DNA of 64,000 nt, from positions 2,764,709 to 2,828,708 of the forward strand of contig BFEA01000002.1 of the NCBI GenBank assembly GCA_003427395.1. Direction: 5' to 3'. This DNA comes from Chara braunii. Its lineage: Eukaryota > Plantae > Charophyceae. Under the pieces are notes generated by a model that was not told where the DNA came from, did not search any database, and saw only the letters and a program-made list of their open reading frames with translations. Shown piece by piece: positions 11,748-23,297 of this stretch. Position 1 is the first letter of the stretch; every line of letters begins with the position of its first letter. A program made the position numbers and the translations under genes.

Positions 11748-13430
11748 TCAGGCGTCGTTCTTGCGCAGCACGTGTAGCTCCCCGTAGTGAGGTTTCGTCG
11801 CCGCGACTTCTGGCCTCCACGGAATGAGTCGCTCGTTGGCGGGACACTTGTTGGGCGGCAGGAGGCGCGTCAATCCATCGGCGTTACCATGCTGCCGCGT
11901 GGCACGGTGGCGGATGTCGAATTCATAGTCTTGCAGACGCACCGCCCACCTGCCCAGCATCCCCGTGTAGTCCGTGTTGTTGCGTAGGGACAGCAGCGGC
12001 TGATGATCCGTGACCACCACGAATTTCTGGCCGTAAAGATACGGCCGGAAATGCTGGACCCCCCTCACCACCGCCAGGCGTTCGCCTTTGCACGCTTCGT
12101 AATTTGCCTGCGCCTCGCTCAGTGTCTTGGATGCATACTCAATGACGTGTTCCCTTCCGTCTGCCCCGTGCTGAGTCAGCACCGCCGATATCGCCTGAGG
12201 CTGCCAGTCGGTGTACAGTGCGAACGGTCTTGCCGGATCGGGACGCGCCAACACAGGAGCAGATGTCAGAGCCTCCTTCAACACCTGAAACGCCGCTTCG
12301 CATTCCGACGTCCAGATCAGCTGTTCCTCGTTCTTCAGCAGGTTCGTGAGGGGCTTCGCTATACCGGCGAACCCCTTGATGAAGCGTCAGTAATAGGATG
12401 CCAGCCCTAGGAAAGCCCGAACCTGGGTGAGTGTGACCGGCGCCGGGGCTTCTTGAACTGCTACCACCTTCCTCCGATCCGGTTTTAGTCCATCGACCAT
12501 GACGATGTACCCCAAGAATGAGATCTCCGACAAGAAGAACTCGCTTTTCTCCAAGGCCATTTTGAACCCCGCATCCTTCAGTGCATGCAAAACCCACTCA
12601 ATGTGTTCCACGTGGTACTCGTGTGCTTTTGAAAAGACAAAAATATCATCCATGTACACAATCACGCAGAAACTGATCAGGGGTTGGGTTAGTCGGGTTT
12701 TGTTAACGAACTCAGCGAAGGCCATATTCATGGCCCGCTGAAACGTTGCAGGGGCGTTATAAATTCCCATGGGACACCGGACCCATTGCCACGTGCCCTC
12801 AAATAGGACAAAAGCAGTTTTGGGTCGGTCCTCCGGTCGGACTGCGACATGGTGAAAACCGTGTCGGATATCGAACTTGGAAAAGACTCGCGCGGCCCCG
12901 ATAGCATCTAACAAATTGTCGATTCGCGGCAAGGGATACACATCTTTGGTAGTGATAGCGTTCAATTTTCGGTAGTCGATACATACCCGGACCGAACCAT
13001 TTCGTTTTGGCACGAGCACCACGGGAAACCACCACGGCCCCAGCGATGGTTCGACCCACCCCAACCGCTCGAATTCCCGTACCCTTTCCAACGCCAGCTG
13101 TCTTTCTTTAAGGGAATATCGGTATGGTCGGCAATGTATCGGGGTGTGATCCCCGGTATCAATTGCGTGCTGTATCAAAGGGGTTAGCCCTATGTCGTGG
13201 TCCTGAATGCTGACGGCCTCAAGATAGGCCTGTATAACCGCCAGGAGGAGGCGTTTGTATTCATCCGGAACATGGGCTGGTAACTGAACTTCTATGGTTC
13301 CCTCAGGAAGGGAGACCGTCGTCGTAACCGTGCGGACCGCCGCGCTGGCATCGGGCGGGGCCCCAAACAAAGAGTTGTCGGTTTTCGCTGAAAGGACAGT
13401 CGCAATAAGTTGACTGTCCGCCAGACTCAT
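11748..13430 (-). pseudogene. Reverse transcriptase + RNase H (Gypsy type), one in-frame nonsense codon at 12387
   Basis: RVCIDYRKLN, YPLPRID, KTAF, PMGIYNAPATFQRAM, VYMDD, LYTDW, TDHQPL, HGNADGLTR. Confidence 0.97.
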
Positions 13431-13943
13431 CGGCTAGCTTTCCATGTCACTGTCACTGTCCAGTTCGGGTCCGACCGAGGGTTCTACCGAAAAGGCCTGC
13501 GTTAGTTCCCTCGGCCCCCATCGATATTCCCTGGTTCGGGGTTGAAACGACACCCCTTCTTTCAAGAGTATCGCGGCTTTTTCATTCGTGAGTAGGGGCC
13601 GTGGAGGTCGAAAAGATAAATCGCACAGCCCCCTCAGCTCGGTAAATCTTTCAGGTAGGGGGTCCGTCCCGAGATATAAGGACGGAGGGGGTTCCGAAAA
13701 GTCAGTTATTCGGGACACCCTCAGCAGGGGTTCCCCCTGCACCACGGAGGAAAACGCGTGCGACCAATTGGACTCGCTCCGAACTATCCCCAAGGGTTCT
13801 CGCCGCCAAGAATGGCGCCACCGATCCTGAACCCGAATCGGATATCGGTCGGGTACATCAGTCTCGTCAGTTTCCGTCGAGGGTTCATTTTCGTCTGGTG
13901 ACAGGCGTCGGATCATGTTGATTTGATGGGCTTTCGTGGTGAT

Positions 13944-14255
13944 TCAAGGCGCCGGCTGGGTGCGCATGCGCACCGCCAGTCTCATTGGTATCGTTTGGGG
14001 TTTGGGGTGGGCCGATGTGAGCACCACCTTACAGCTGTCAAAGTGCATTCGCGCTCCGACCGCCGCCTGCCACGGAATGCATAGCAGAACATCATACGCC
14101 CGCACATCCAGCACGATTACGTCGCACAAACAATGCACCCGCCCCACCCGTATAGGCACGTTCGAGGTTATAGGATAGGCTCCGAGGAATACCTCGGGTT
14201 TTTCCGATGCAGAGTCTACGGTCTGGATCATTCCTATCCGGTCGGCTTCGTGCAC
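13944..14255 (-). pseudogene. Aspartic protease C-terminal half
   Basis: NVPIRVG...VIVLD..YDVLLCIPW resembles the retropepsin DVLLG region; catalytic D(S/T)G not at the expected distance. Confidence 0.65.
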
Positions 14256-14270
14256 CTTTGAGGTCGAGGG

Positions 14271-15619
14271 CTACGAATCCTCATTTGTGGGTAGGTCCCG
14301 TAGGACCGACTTTTTGCCCTTTCGACTTTCCTCGAATCGGCGCCTGTTTTTGAGGCATCGTTCGATCAACTTTTCGTTAGCCACTTCGGAAATGGTTAGC
14401 AGATAGGGAATAGGGACGGGGATCCGAAGATCCAAAGCCTTCAAGACATCCAATATGTCGATATGGCCATCCTTGTATTCAGGACCAGGTGCCGCAAGGT
14501 CTTCGAACCCTGGTCGCCACGGCCCGAGGTCGCTTTCCTCGGTAATCCGTTGGACGTGATGTATCACTCCTATGGTCCCGGGTTCGAACATCGCCACAGC
14601 CATGTATTCATCGGGCCCTATCTCAGTGGCCGCAGGGGTCACCATCTCCGTTGCCCCGGTATCCATCACCGTGGCCACCCTCCCCTGTCCTGTAGCGGTT
14701 GGAGCAGCCAACAATTTTTGGGAAGGCCCAGTGGGCCCCCCCTGAGTTCGAGGTTTCGAACAATCTTTCGCAAGGTGACCTGGCTGATTACAGTTATGAC
14801 AGCTTAGGGGCGGGACAGCCCCAGCCACGGCCCATCTTATCATAGGGGCCCCGGCGGCCATAGCTGCTTGTTGCCGTTGTGCGGCAGCTAAGCGTTGCCG
14901 CTGCAGGCCCTGAACAAACTCCGTCAGCGGGGCCACTACTATAACTAATTGGGCCGCGACCTCTTTTATGGACACTTCTTCCTTACCCCGGCCTCCTTGT
15001 GCTTGACTAGAGCGATGGGAGGTCGAAGCCGAGGAAGAAGCTTTCCGATCCGAGCCTTTTTTTGCCGGACCCTATCCGAATTCGTGTTGTAGCGGAGTAG
15101 CTATTGCGTCGAACACCCGAAGGGTCATCTTCGTCGGATTCCGAGTCCAGGCCTACATCGTAATTTTCTTTCCCATACTTAATTGCGTACTGAATTAGCT
15201 CCATTAGGGTATGTTCTATAGGGTTGCATTTCTTGCGGATCTTTTTTCGCAAGCGAAAATCTGACAATCCTCTGACCAAATCAGTCCGTACCATTTTCTC
15301 GTCCACCCCGGAGCGTTCGGCTAGGTACGTAAAACGTTCAGCGTATCTGGCCAAGGTCTCCCAGGGCTGCTGCGTGTATTCCTTTATTAGACGGAGGCAT
15401 TGAGCTGGTGCGATGTGATAAAAACTGTCGAGAAATTTCCTCCCCGCGTGGTTATCACCGTCGTGGGGCTTTCAAGGCAGCTAGCCAGGTGCGAGGGTCG
15501 GTATCATCTTCGGAGAAAATGGGAACTTCGGAGGGAGGAGGTACAAAGTACAGGGGATGATTGGCCATCCCCGCGTGGTTATCACCGTCGTTTTCACCCC
15601 CAATCCCGGGTTCCACCAT
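14271..15619 (-). pseudogene. Gag (capsid-like region + CCHC zinc knuckle), disrupted
   Basis: QQPWETLARYAERFTYLA..LVRGL gag motif; CHNCNQPGHLAKDC knuckle; broken into several ORFs. Confidence 0.85.
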
Positions 15620-15798
15620 CGCGGGAGGCGGGTTTCTAGCCCGGCCTCTCGCTCGGTTCTGATTGCTATTCGCGGGCCGCCAGCGACGGGGAGCCAGCCT
15701 ACTCAAAAATGAGAAAAATTTAAGAAGAGAGATCAGAAAGAGGAAAACTCTTAAGCAGGGTATTCGTCCTAGGAAAACCTCGGAGCCGAAACGAATCA

Positions 15799-15810
15799 GC
15801 TCTGATACCA
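15799..15810 (-). promoter_or_regulatory. Primer-binding site complementary to the tRNA-Met(i) 3' end (TGGTATCAGAGC)
   Basis: Exact canonical plant PBS sequence upstream of gag. Confidence 0.93.
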
Positions 15811-18091
15811 ACCTCACGCCCCCTCGCGGCTTCCCGTATTGGGTCGCCGATCAGAGTTCTAAAAGGGGCGTGGCCGAGGATTTTTGGCCGTAGGGGTTGA
15901 GTCTCTCGGACGGAACGAGAGACTCTCGTTTCGTGCCAGAGGTTACCCCGGAGTCGAACTGTCGTCGCGAAGTCCCGTGGGGGTCACATTGCTCCGAAAC
16001 GATAAAATCAGGAGGGTTTCCGCGAAAACGAACTGCCGTCATGCATCAGGACGCGAAAAGGCCTCAAGGGGAGAGGGCCATGGCGGCGGGAGACAAAACT
16101 TCGGCCATCAGGGGTTTGGGGGATAGGTGGTGGGTTCGAAGCCTTCAGCCCTCGTCATCGGCCTCACAAAGTGACCGAACCATCGGGTCTTTGCTGTAGA
16201 GGTGGTTGGTTCGAGGCCTTCAAGCCTCAGCATCGGACTCACAGAGTTGGCGCGGAAGGTTCCAGGAGGATAAAGCGGCGGGAGGACTCGCCTGCATTCA
16301 AATTCGAAATTGCGCGGGCAGCGCCCCCACACTACGGAAAAGCTCGGGAAAACGTGTCGCTCCCTCGTATCCCAGGACCAATCGTCGCCAAGAACACGAG
16401 TCCCCCTGGCGACACCAGCGACAATCAAACTGCGGCCGCCACGCGGCGTGAGAGGCCGACCAGGGCAACACAGTCAAACCTGTATAAGGCAATATTAAAG
16501 TCGGGGGATCAAAACGCTCAATCAAGACAAACCCGTTCCCCCTTATATCACAAGCCCGAGGCGGGTCTTGCCATCACACTTGCTCCGTTCGCCTCAGCGC
16601 GCGCCGTACGTCCGCATCGCAGTAGAGGCTGTCGTCATCTCTGATGGGGAAGGTCGATAGCGAGATGAGACGATCAGAGGTAGGGCAGGAATACTGGCAG
16701 GATCCCACGCTCGCGGTCATCCGAACCAACATCGACTCCATACAACACTCGATGCAACCTTCTCTCTCAGGGTTAGTGCGTCGAAGGAAGATGGCGAAAT
16801 CGAAGCTCTCTTCCCCTTGCGGGGGCGTCGACCGCGCGCGCGGACGCAGGCGGTTGATGTCACCGGTACGGGGACAAGAAGCTCAAAAAGGAAGGCGGGA
16901 GAGAGAGAGGGAGAGAGCTTACACCGAGAACGCGCGCGCGCGCGAAGGGCCGCGGAAGGGAGGGGAACAACGGGATGAACACACTCGTACTCCTAGGCAG
17001 ACGGTCCCCCAGTTCAGTTTCCCCGTCCCCACCCGGACAAGTACATACGCACATGCATGCAAACAATCAACAACCCTCGACAGGACATCTAATCATCCAT
17101 AGACCTTCGATATCACTCATGCACACAACCAGCTCCCCATCACTCAGGGCTTCACACATACGACATGCATAGACAAAGCAGCAATGGAGATAAAAGCGAG
17201 TCCTTCTTGTACACAAAAATTTCAATTAACTACCGCCCCTAGGCGCAGCCTTCAAACCTCCCAAGACCACCGACCACCATAGCCACAAGGCCCTGCTGCG
17301 GCCGGCGTCAAATCCCCACCACTGCTCGGTCCCTCCGACTGCGTCGCCCCGAGACTACCGCNGGTCCACCCCACGTCGTCACTCCGCCCGTCCTTGGGCT
17401 CGTCGAGCCTGTTCGGCGCCGCAGACTTTCGCGCATAGCTCGCGCAGCATTGTAGCCGAGATAAAAAAGAGGGAGAGGAGATTGTTGCGCGAATTTATAG
17501 CACAGGAGGCGGCGGGTTGTCAGCGCGAGGTGCGGGCAGCGCAGGGTGTAGATGAGCAGGACAGGAGAAAGGTGGGGAGTTAGGGGGTTCGACCCGCGGG
17601 GTTGCATGGTCCTACGTGATTGGGGTGTTCATCCAAGTGGTGCGCGTTTTCCCGCTCTCCACATTCATCCGAGCATCCCAACTACGCGGCCAATCACTTC
17701 GCGGAGAAGATGGGGCAAGGATTAAGCTGGGCGAAGGGGAAGACGAAGAGTCTGGCATGGGGGAAATGCGCGCAGCAAGAAGGAAAGATGGCGCGGGAAT
17801 GCAAAGCATGAAACGGGGGTGCGAGACGCGCGAAGAAGTCGGGGCTTAGGCGCGGGCGCGCAAAAATTCAAAAAGTCCCCACCGAAACCGTTTCTTGGTT
17901 TTCATGCCGCGGCCGCTATTCGCCCGCGCGGGAGTTATTAACCAAACAAAATGGAAAAGCCGTTTCGAAAAGAAAACAAAAGCAAAAAGAAAGAAAAACC
18001 CCTGTTTGTCCGCATCCGTGGCTCGGGGCTTCCGCGGAGTTTTACCTCAGGGATACGACAAGCCGCGCAGTACGGATCTAAGCTTATCACA
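15811..18091 (-). repeat. LTR-like repeat copy 3 (~2.28 kb), starts TGTGATAAG, ends GGGGCGTGAGGT (no CA) at the PBS
   Basis: Homologous to copies 1 and 2; homology ends exactly at 18091. Confidence 0.9.
17493..17500 (-). promoter_or_regulatory. TATA box (CTATAAAT) of the element promoter, with CCAAT ~120 bp upstream
   Basis: Conserved in all three repeat copies (~1153, ~7177, 17493). Confidence 0.6.
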
Positions 18092-18773
18092 AGCTACCTT
18101 TAAAGGCTCGTAAACATGCACCTGCGCCTTTTCAAAATGGTCTAGCACGTTTGCTACCGGCCCAAGCCTGAATTGAAGGCTCTTACGACTTAAACCGGTG
18201 TGAGTCATATTATGCATCGGGTGAACTACCGCTTTTAACGTTACGTGAAGGGGAAATGTCATGAAAAGATGTTGTAGGTGGGTGAGGAGGGCTCCGCCTC
18301 CCCCCTTAACTGCTTTTCTTTCAACATCTCTTGTGTTTTTCAACTGCAATTAGCTCTCAAGGAAAAATGACATGACAAGATGTTGTAGTAAGCGAGCATG
18401 ACTACTATGTCCCCTCCCTCTGCACCTATTGTCCTTCCTTAATTGTGTAGTAAAAGGGAGCACAATCCTTTTTTGCTAAACAATAAATAAAAAACAATGT
18501 CAACGAGAGAAAAAACGAAATACCAAACCATATATGTTTTTATACTATGACGATTTTTCTATGAAACTACAAGAACCTACGTAAATGAATATAGTACTTA
18601 TAGTGAGGCTAATAAAAACTTCCTAAGGATGCATTTGAGCAGCAGATTGTGGTCCTAAAAACACGCGCTTGGGATTACTTGACAAACCTGTTGTTATAGT
18701 GTTATAAGTATATAAAGATGAAATAACAAGTTTATAATCATAATTATATTTAAATTTGATTGTAACGTATTAT

Positions 18774-19435
18774 AATCAAAAGGTATTATGCTTTGTGAAC
18801 TTTCATATGTGTTGAATGAGTATGGGTCTCGCTCCACTACCACCCACTCTTCGAATTTGGAGACTTGGATATTGCTCCACTTGTGGGTCACATAAATTCT
18901 TTTGTCGAGCTGCCATTTTTGACTCTCTAACCACTCTCCAACTTTGGTGAGTTCACTTCCTGTAAAAAAGGTTATTTGAAGAGTCGTCAAAAAATTCACC
19001 ATGAGTCTGGGCGGACAAAGTTTTGGTGATGTTGTGTCTTCTAGTGTCATCATTGTGTCTTGTAGTCCAGTGTTGAATTAAAGAGTCCTTGGACAGTCCA
19101 ACCGTGGAGAGTAAGTGAAGCGATGATGAATTTTTTGCATGTTTTTAGAGTCTGATGGCTCTCCAAGTACTCTCTATTTTGTTTAAGAGTGGAGGGTAGT
19201 GAAGTGAGACCCAATGTACTTGTCAGTTGGAGTTGCACTCACCGAATACAAAGACATATATGTTTCTGTCGTCGTTTGTCATTTTTTTTATTTTTTTTTC
19301 CTAAATATGAAGTAACCAACCATAATCAAAATGTATTATGCTTTGTGAAATTTCATCTGTGTTGAATGACTATGGGTCTCGCTCCGCTACCACTCACTCT
19401 CCGAATTCCGAGACTTGGATATTGCTTCACTTACT
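18774..19435. repeat. Diverged ~110-bp direct duplication (18774-18885 vs 19324-19435)
   Basis: Shared aatcaaa..gtattatgctttgtgaa..tatgggtctcgctcc..ctaccac..gagacttggatattgct. Confidence 0.7.
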
Positions 19436-19787
19436 CTATGAAATGGTTCAATAAAGTGAGACCTAATCTGCTTGTTGGCTGGAGTTGCACTTAAGGAATG
19501 CACAAAACACATATATTTGTGTTGCCATTTCTTTACGATGTGAGGTACATGCCTATAAATGTTGAAGTCATTTTGCTTATAAAAAAAAAAAAAAAAAGAA
19601 CCAAATATGTCGGTGTCAAAACGTGATCGCCCACTCACTATTTTGTTTTTTTCACTTTTTACTTTTTATTTTAATTTTTTGTTTTCACTTTTGAAACTTT
19701 TTTACAGAGTTTTATATATGTGAAGTACACATCTGTAAATTTTCAGGGCATTTGGTTTTGCCGAAACAAAATGAAAAATCGCCAAAG

Positions 19788-20266
19788 ATGGCGGTGTCGA
19801 AAATGTGCCCTGTCACTCACTTATGTTAATGTTCTTTTCATTTTTTTTTATTTTTTTAATTAAATTATTAGTTTTATTTTTTTATTTAATTGTTATTTTT
19901 AATTTGGTCAGGAATTTTGATGTAATGCTCAAGTGTTTTTTTTTTTTTTTTTTTTTTTTTTTCGGTGTTCGGTCCGAACGGCCAAACACATCCCCAAGGG
20001 GTCCCGTACGTTCGGATTCAGGCGTTCGGTCCGACCGAACGGCAGTTACCCTGTATATATATAGATACATATATAACCTGTATATATATACATACATATA
20101 TGCATATATATGTATATATGGCGGTGTCAGAAACGTGCTCGCTCACTCACTAATTATAATTCTTTTTTCATTTTTTCTTATTTTTTTTATTAAGTTATCA
20201 GTTTTAGTTTCTTGTATTTAATTTTTATTTCAAATTTGGTCAGGATTTTGGATGTAATGCTCAAGC
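19788..20266. repeat. Two diverged copies of an AT-rich unit (atggcggtgtc...cactcac...aatttggtcagga...tgtaatgctcaag) flanking a GTTCG-rich segment also seen at ~22680-22782
   Basis: Visible direct repeats at 19788-19933 and 20118-20265. Confidence 0.65.
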
Positions 20267-21653
20267 AAATGACGACGTTTGGATGTCAGGAGCTCGCTAA
20301 CGGGGCCGACGAAATCTATCTGCCTCGATTGCCAAAACTTAATACTGGCGTGACCATGGTGGAAGAGAGAAGAACACTGGGGTGTTAGGGGGGTATGTCG
20401 AGGGAGCTGTGACATGCTCTTGGTCATAGCTGGTTTCACTTGACTTTTGTCATGATTCCTAGTTTGGTGGAGGAAGAAGAGCATGAAATGTGGGGGTCAT
20501 CTGCGGGTGGGATCCGAACGCTGCATGATACGTGACGAGATCGATTGGGGGTTATGCCCCTCGATCTTTGATATACATGTTTCTGTGGGGGTCTCCAACC
20601 CTTACACTTTTGCCAGGGTCAGCCCACGAAGGTGAGGGAGACATGCTTCTCATGATTCGCTGCATAGCGGGTGTGCGTGGGGATTTCGCTTGCAATCTCT
20701 AACAGGAGCGCAAATCAACTTCGCAAATTGGGTATGCTCACCTGTCGTGGCCTGTGTTATATTTTTCTCTTTTTTTATTTGATTATATTTCATTTATTTA
20801 TATTACTATTTCAATTTATACTTTTAAACGATTTGTATTAACTTTGGAGTTAGCTGTCGTAATTTTTTGCGATTCTTGTGTAACGTTTTACATGCGATGA
20901 AATGAAAAAGAGAGTGTCACTTGTAGAAACGTCATTATGGTGGTGGTGGGGTTTCCTTGTGAGAAGGTGCAGGTGGAAGTGGTTTCCCTAAATCGCGAGG
21001 AGGTGGGTGGGTTTGCGGGGTTTTTGACACCTGCCACAGGGGAGGTAGGGTATTGCCGCTTAGACGTTGAATTTGGGTCAGGTATTCATTTCATCTCAAT
21101 AGGCTGGTGCCAGCTGTCATATAAATTCTTGAGGTAAAATGGTGAGCATTGCTCCAGTGGGACTTCGTCATGGAAGGTGGCGAAGCATCTGTAGGGGCTG
21201 TATGCAGACTGAGGGAGAGGCTTTCCCTAAATCACGAGGAGGTGGGTGGGTGGGTTTTGTGAGGCTTTTCGGCCCCTGCCGTGCGGGAGGTGGGGTAATC
21301 CCCTTGTTAGTCAAAACAACATTGTGGTGGGAGTTGGTGTTTTTTGTAATGAAGAGTTTGGGGAGGTGCTATCCGCTTTGAATCGCAAGGAGGTGGGTAG
21401 GTACTGGGGGGTCTTTGTTAGCAGTTTGGGCCCTGTGAGCACAGACCAGTGTCGCGCGGGTGGCACGTTACCAGTGCTTTGAGGAATATATATGACCACT
21501 ATGTGGAAAAGTGTTTACTTTTTGTTTCTTTTTGTTTTTGTTTTCATGGCGTTGTAGTGCCCTGCCAGCCAGGCAGGGCAAATTTCACTGGGTGGCTCGT
21601 AACTGTCTCAGAGTTGTAGCATCCTGTGTACGTCCTGAATCACAGTACAAGGG

Positions 21654-21684
<31 letters not shown>

Positions 21685-22782
21685 NTCAGTTACACGCCCT
21701 CACTGAGGGCACAGTCACACGAGCACCTCACAGAATTTATCGGGAGGTTATCGAGGCTTTCAGGAAGTTTCTTTTTTTTTTTTCCTTCTTTTTCTTCCTC
21801 TTGTTCCTTCTTGGATCGAAGTGCCCCGGCTTGACAAAACTCGGTGCGCAGTGAAAGTCAGGCTCAACAAAAACACGGTCGAAGGTAGTGGTGGTTTAAG
21901 GTTTTTTATTTTTTAAAAATATTGGTTGGGAATTCGGGTATGACTCCCAGGCAAAAGTTGTTTGTGTCATTATTCTGCACGACATACATTTTTTCAGATT
22001 TTTTTGTTACGTCCTCGTGCGTGCGATTTTGGGTTCGTACGCGTACGTTGGAATACGTACACGTACGCACTGCATATGCGTACGGCGTGCTACCCAGCTC
22101 TGGATGAATAGTGGACATGATCGCCTAACGCTGACGACTGGTTCCCTTTCTATGGTTTATATTTGTTTTCTTCAGTAGTTGTTTTTTTGTTGATTTTTTA
22201 TTGATGTTTTTTTGTTAATTAGGTATTCAAGCATGTATAGGTCGAAATTGTTGCGATTGAGAAGGAAATTTGTATAGATATGAAATTTCTGTGATTGTTT
22301 TCGTTAATTAGATATTCAAGGAATGTACAGGTTGGATTTGTTGCGACTGTCTTTGTTAATTAGATATTACGGTAGATCAGTATGAAATCCTTATTTATTT
22401 CATCTCTTCGTGATAACTTAAATTTTGGTGAAAACTTTCATTGATTTTTTTCATTTGTCAGGGCTGTGGAGTTGGATGTGGGGTGAAATCTAGGGGTGCT
22501 CACCATGTGCTTGGCCGGTGCGGCTTGCCAATTGAGGGACCCACCTACTTTGTATGGGACGCCGAACCGAATTCCCGACTTGACAAAAAAAAAAATGTTG
22601 CTTTGTTTTTTTTTTTCTCTTCATAACATATTTATTTTTCACTTTTTTTTGAATTGTCTCGTTTTTTTTCTTTTCTTTTTGGTCCGCGTTCAGCCCAGAC
22701 GGCGAAACACATCCCCAGGGGATCCCGTACGTCCGAGCGTTCGAATTTGGGCGTTTGGCCCGTACGAAATACAACGATTACC

Positions 22783-22814
<32 letters not shown>

Positions 22815-22925
22815 TCACAAACAGAACTGCCCGGTAAACCGTAGGCAGAGAGAGAGAAGAGGACAACAAACGAGGGGCTGTGACAAACTGTTTCGTCGGA
22901 GTTTCACCGACTCATCAGGAGGCTG
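22815..22925 (-). ncRNA. 5'-truncated hammerhead-ribozyme repeat unit (inverted copy)
   Basis: Minus strand CCTC-CTGATGA-GTCGG-TGAAACT-CCGAC-GAA-ACAGTTTGT; lacks the cleavage-site strand. Confidence 0.8.
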
Positions 22926-22948
22926 TGTATATATACATACATATATAT

Positions 22949-23008
22949 ACAGACTGTTGAGGGTTCAACCTCCTGATGAGCCGGTGAAACTCCGACGAAA
23001 CAGTTTGT
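22949..23008 (+). ncRNA. Type III hammerhead ribozyme
   Basis: Stem III ACAGACTGT/ACAGTTTGT, GUU cleavage triplet, stem I GAGG/CCTC, core CTGATGA, stem II GCCGG/CCGAC, GAAA. Confidence 0.88.
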
Positions 23009-23129
23009 CACAACCCCTCGTTTGTTGTCCTCTTCTCTCTCTCTGCCTACGGTTTTCCGGGCAGTTCTGTTTGTGACGATATATATACATATATATAGAT
23101 ATAAATATATTTGTTTTAATTTAAGACAG

Positions 23130-23201
23130 AGCCTACGATCGGATTTGAACCGAAGGCCTTTCCCTTACCAAGGTAATGCTCTACCGCCTAAGCAAGGTTA
23201 T
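23130..23201 (-). tRNA. trnT: tRNA-Thr(GGU) pseudogene, organellar/bacterial type
   Basis: GGCGGTAGAGCA D-arm, TTACC-TT-GGT-AA-GGGAA anticodon arm, TCGG-TTCAAAT-CCGA T-arm; acceptor 5' strand degraded. Confidence 0.75.
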
Positions 23202-23208
23202 AAAACGG

Positions 23209-23268
23209 AGCCTCGAATTGCGGTTTGAACCGAAGGCCTTTCCCTTACCAAAGAAATGCTCTACCACC
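23209..23268 (-). tRNA. trnT: Second, 5'-truncated tRNA-Thr(GGU) pseudogene in tandem
   Basis: GGTGGTAGAGCATTTCTTTGGTAAGGGAAAGGCCTTCGGTTCAAACCG. Confidence 0.7.
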
Positions 23269-23297
23269 TATATACATGTATATATATATATATACTA

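Larger units (their letters stand above)
1..18091 (-). mobile_element. Head-to-tail array of a decayed Ty3/Gypsy-like retroelement (right copy near-complete 7778-18091; left copy deleted and rearranged, running off the window start)
   Basis: Domain order gag(CCHC)-PR-RT(YMDD)-RH-INT on the minus strand; tRNA-Met PBS; three copies of a long terminal-type repeat; 3561-6340 duplicates ~9470-12050. Confidence 0.95.

Noticed and set aside
14640-14675. VMDTGATEMV as the protease active site
   Set aside because: Lies too far upstream of the DVLL motif and directly after the zinc knuckle; cannot be assigned.
15423-15591. Repeat tccccgcgtggttatcaccgtcgt as a CRISPR-like repeat
   Set aside because: Only two copies, within gag of a eukaryotic retroelement; a local duplication.
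18047-19238. ORFs of 62-119 aa flanking the retroelement
   Set aside because: No recognisable motif or splice structure; may be old TE debris.
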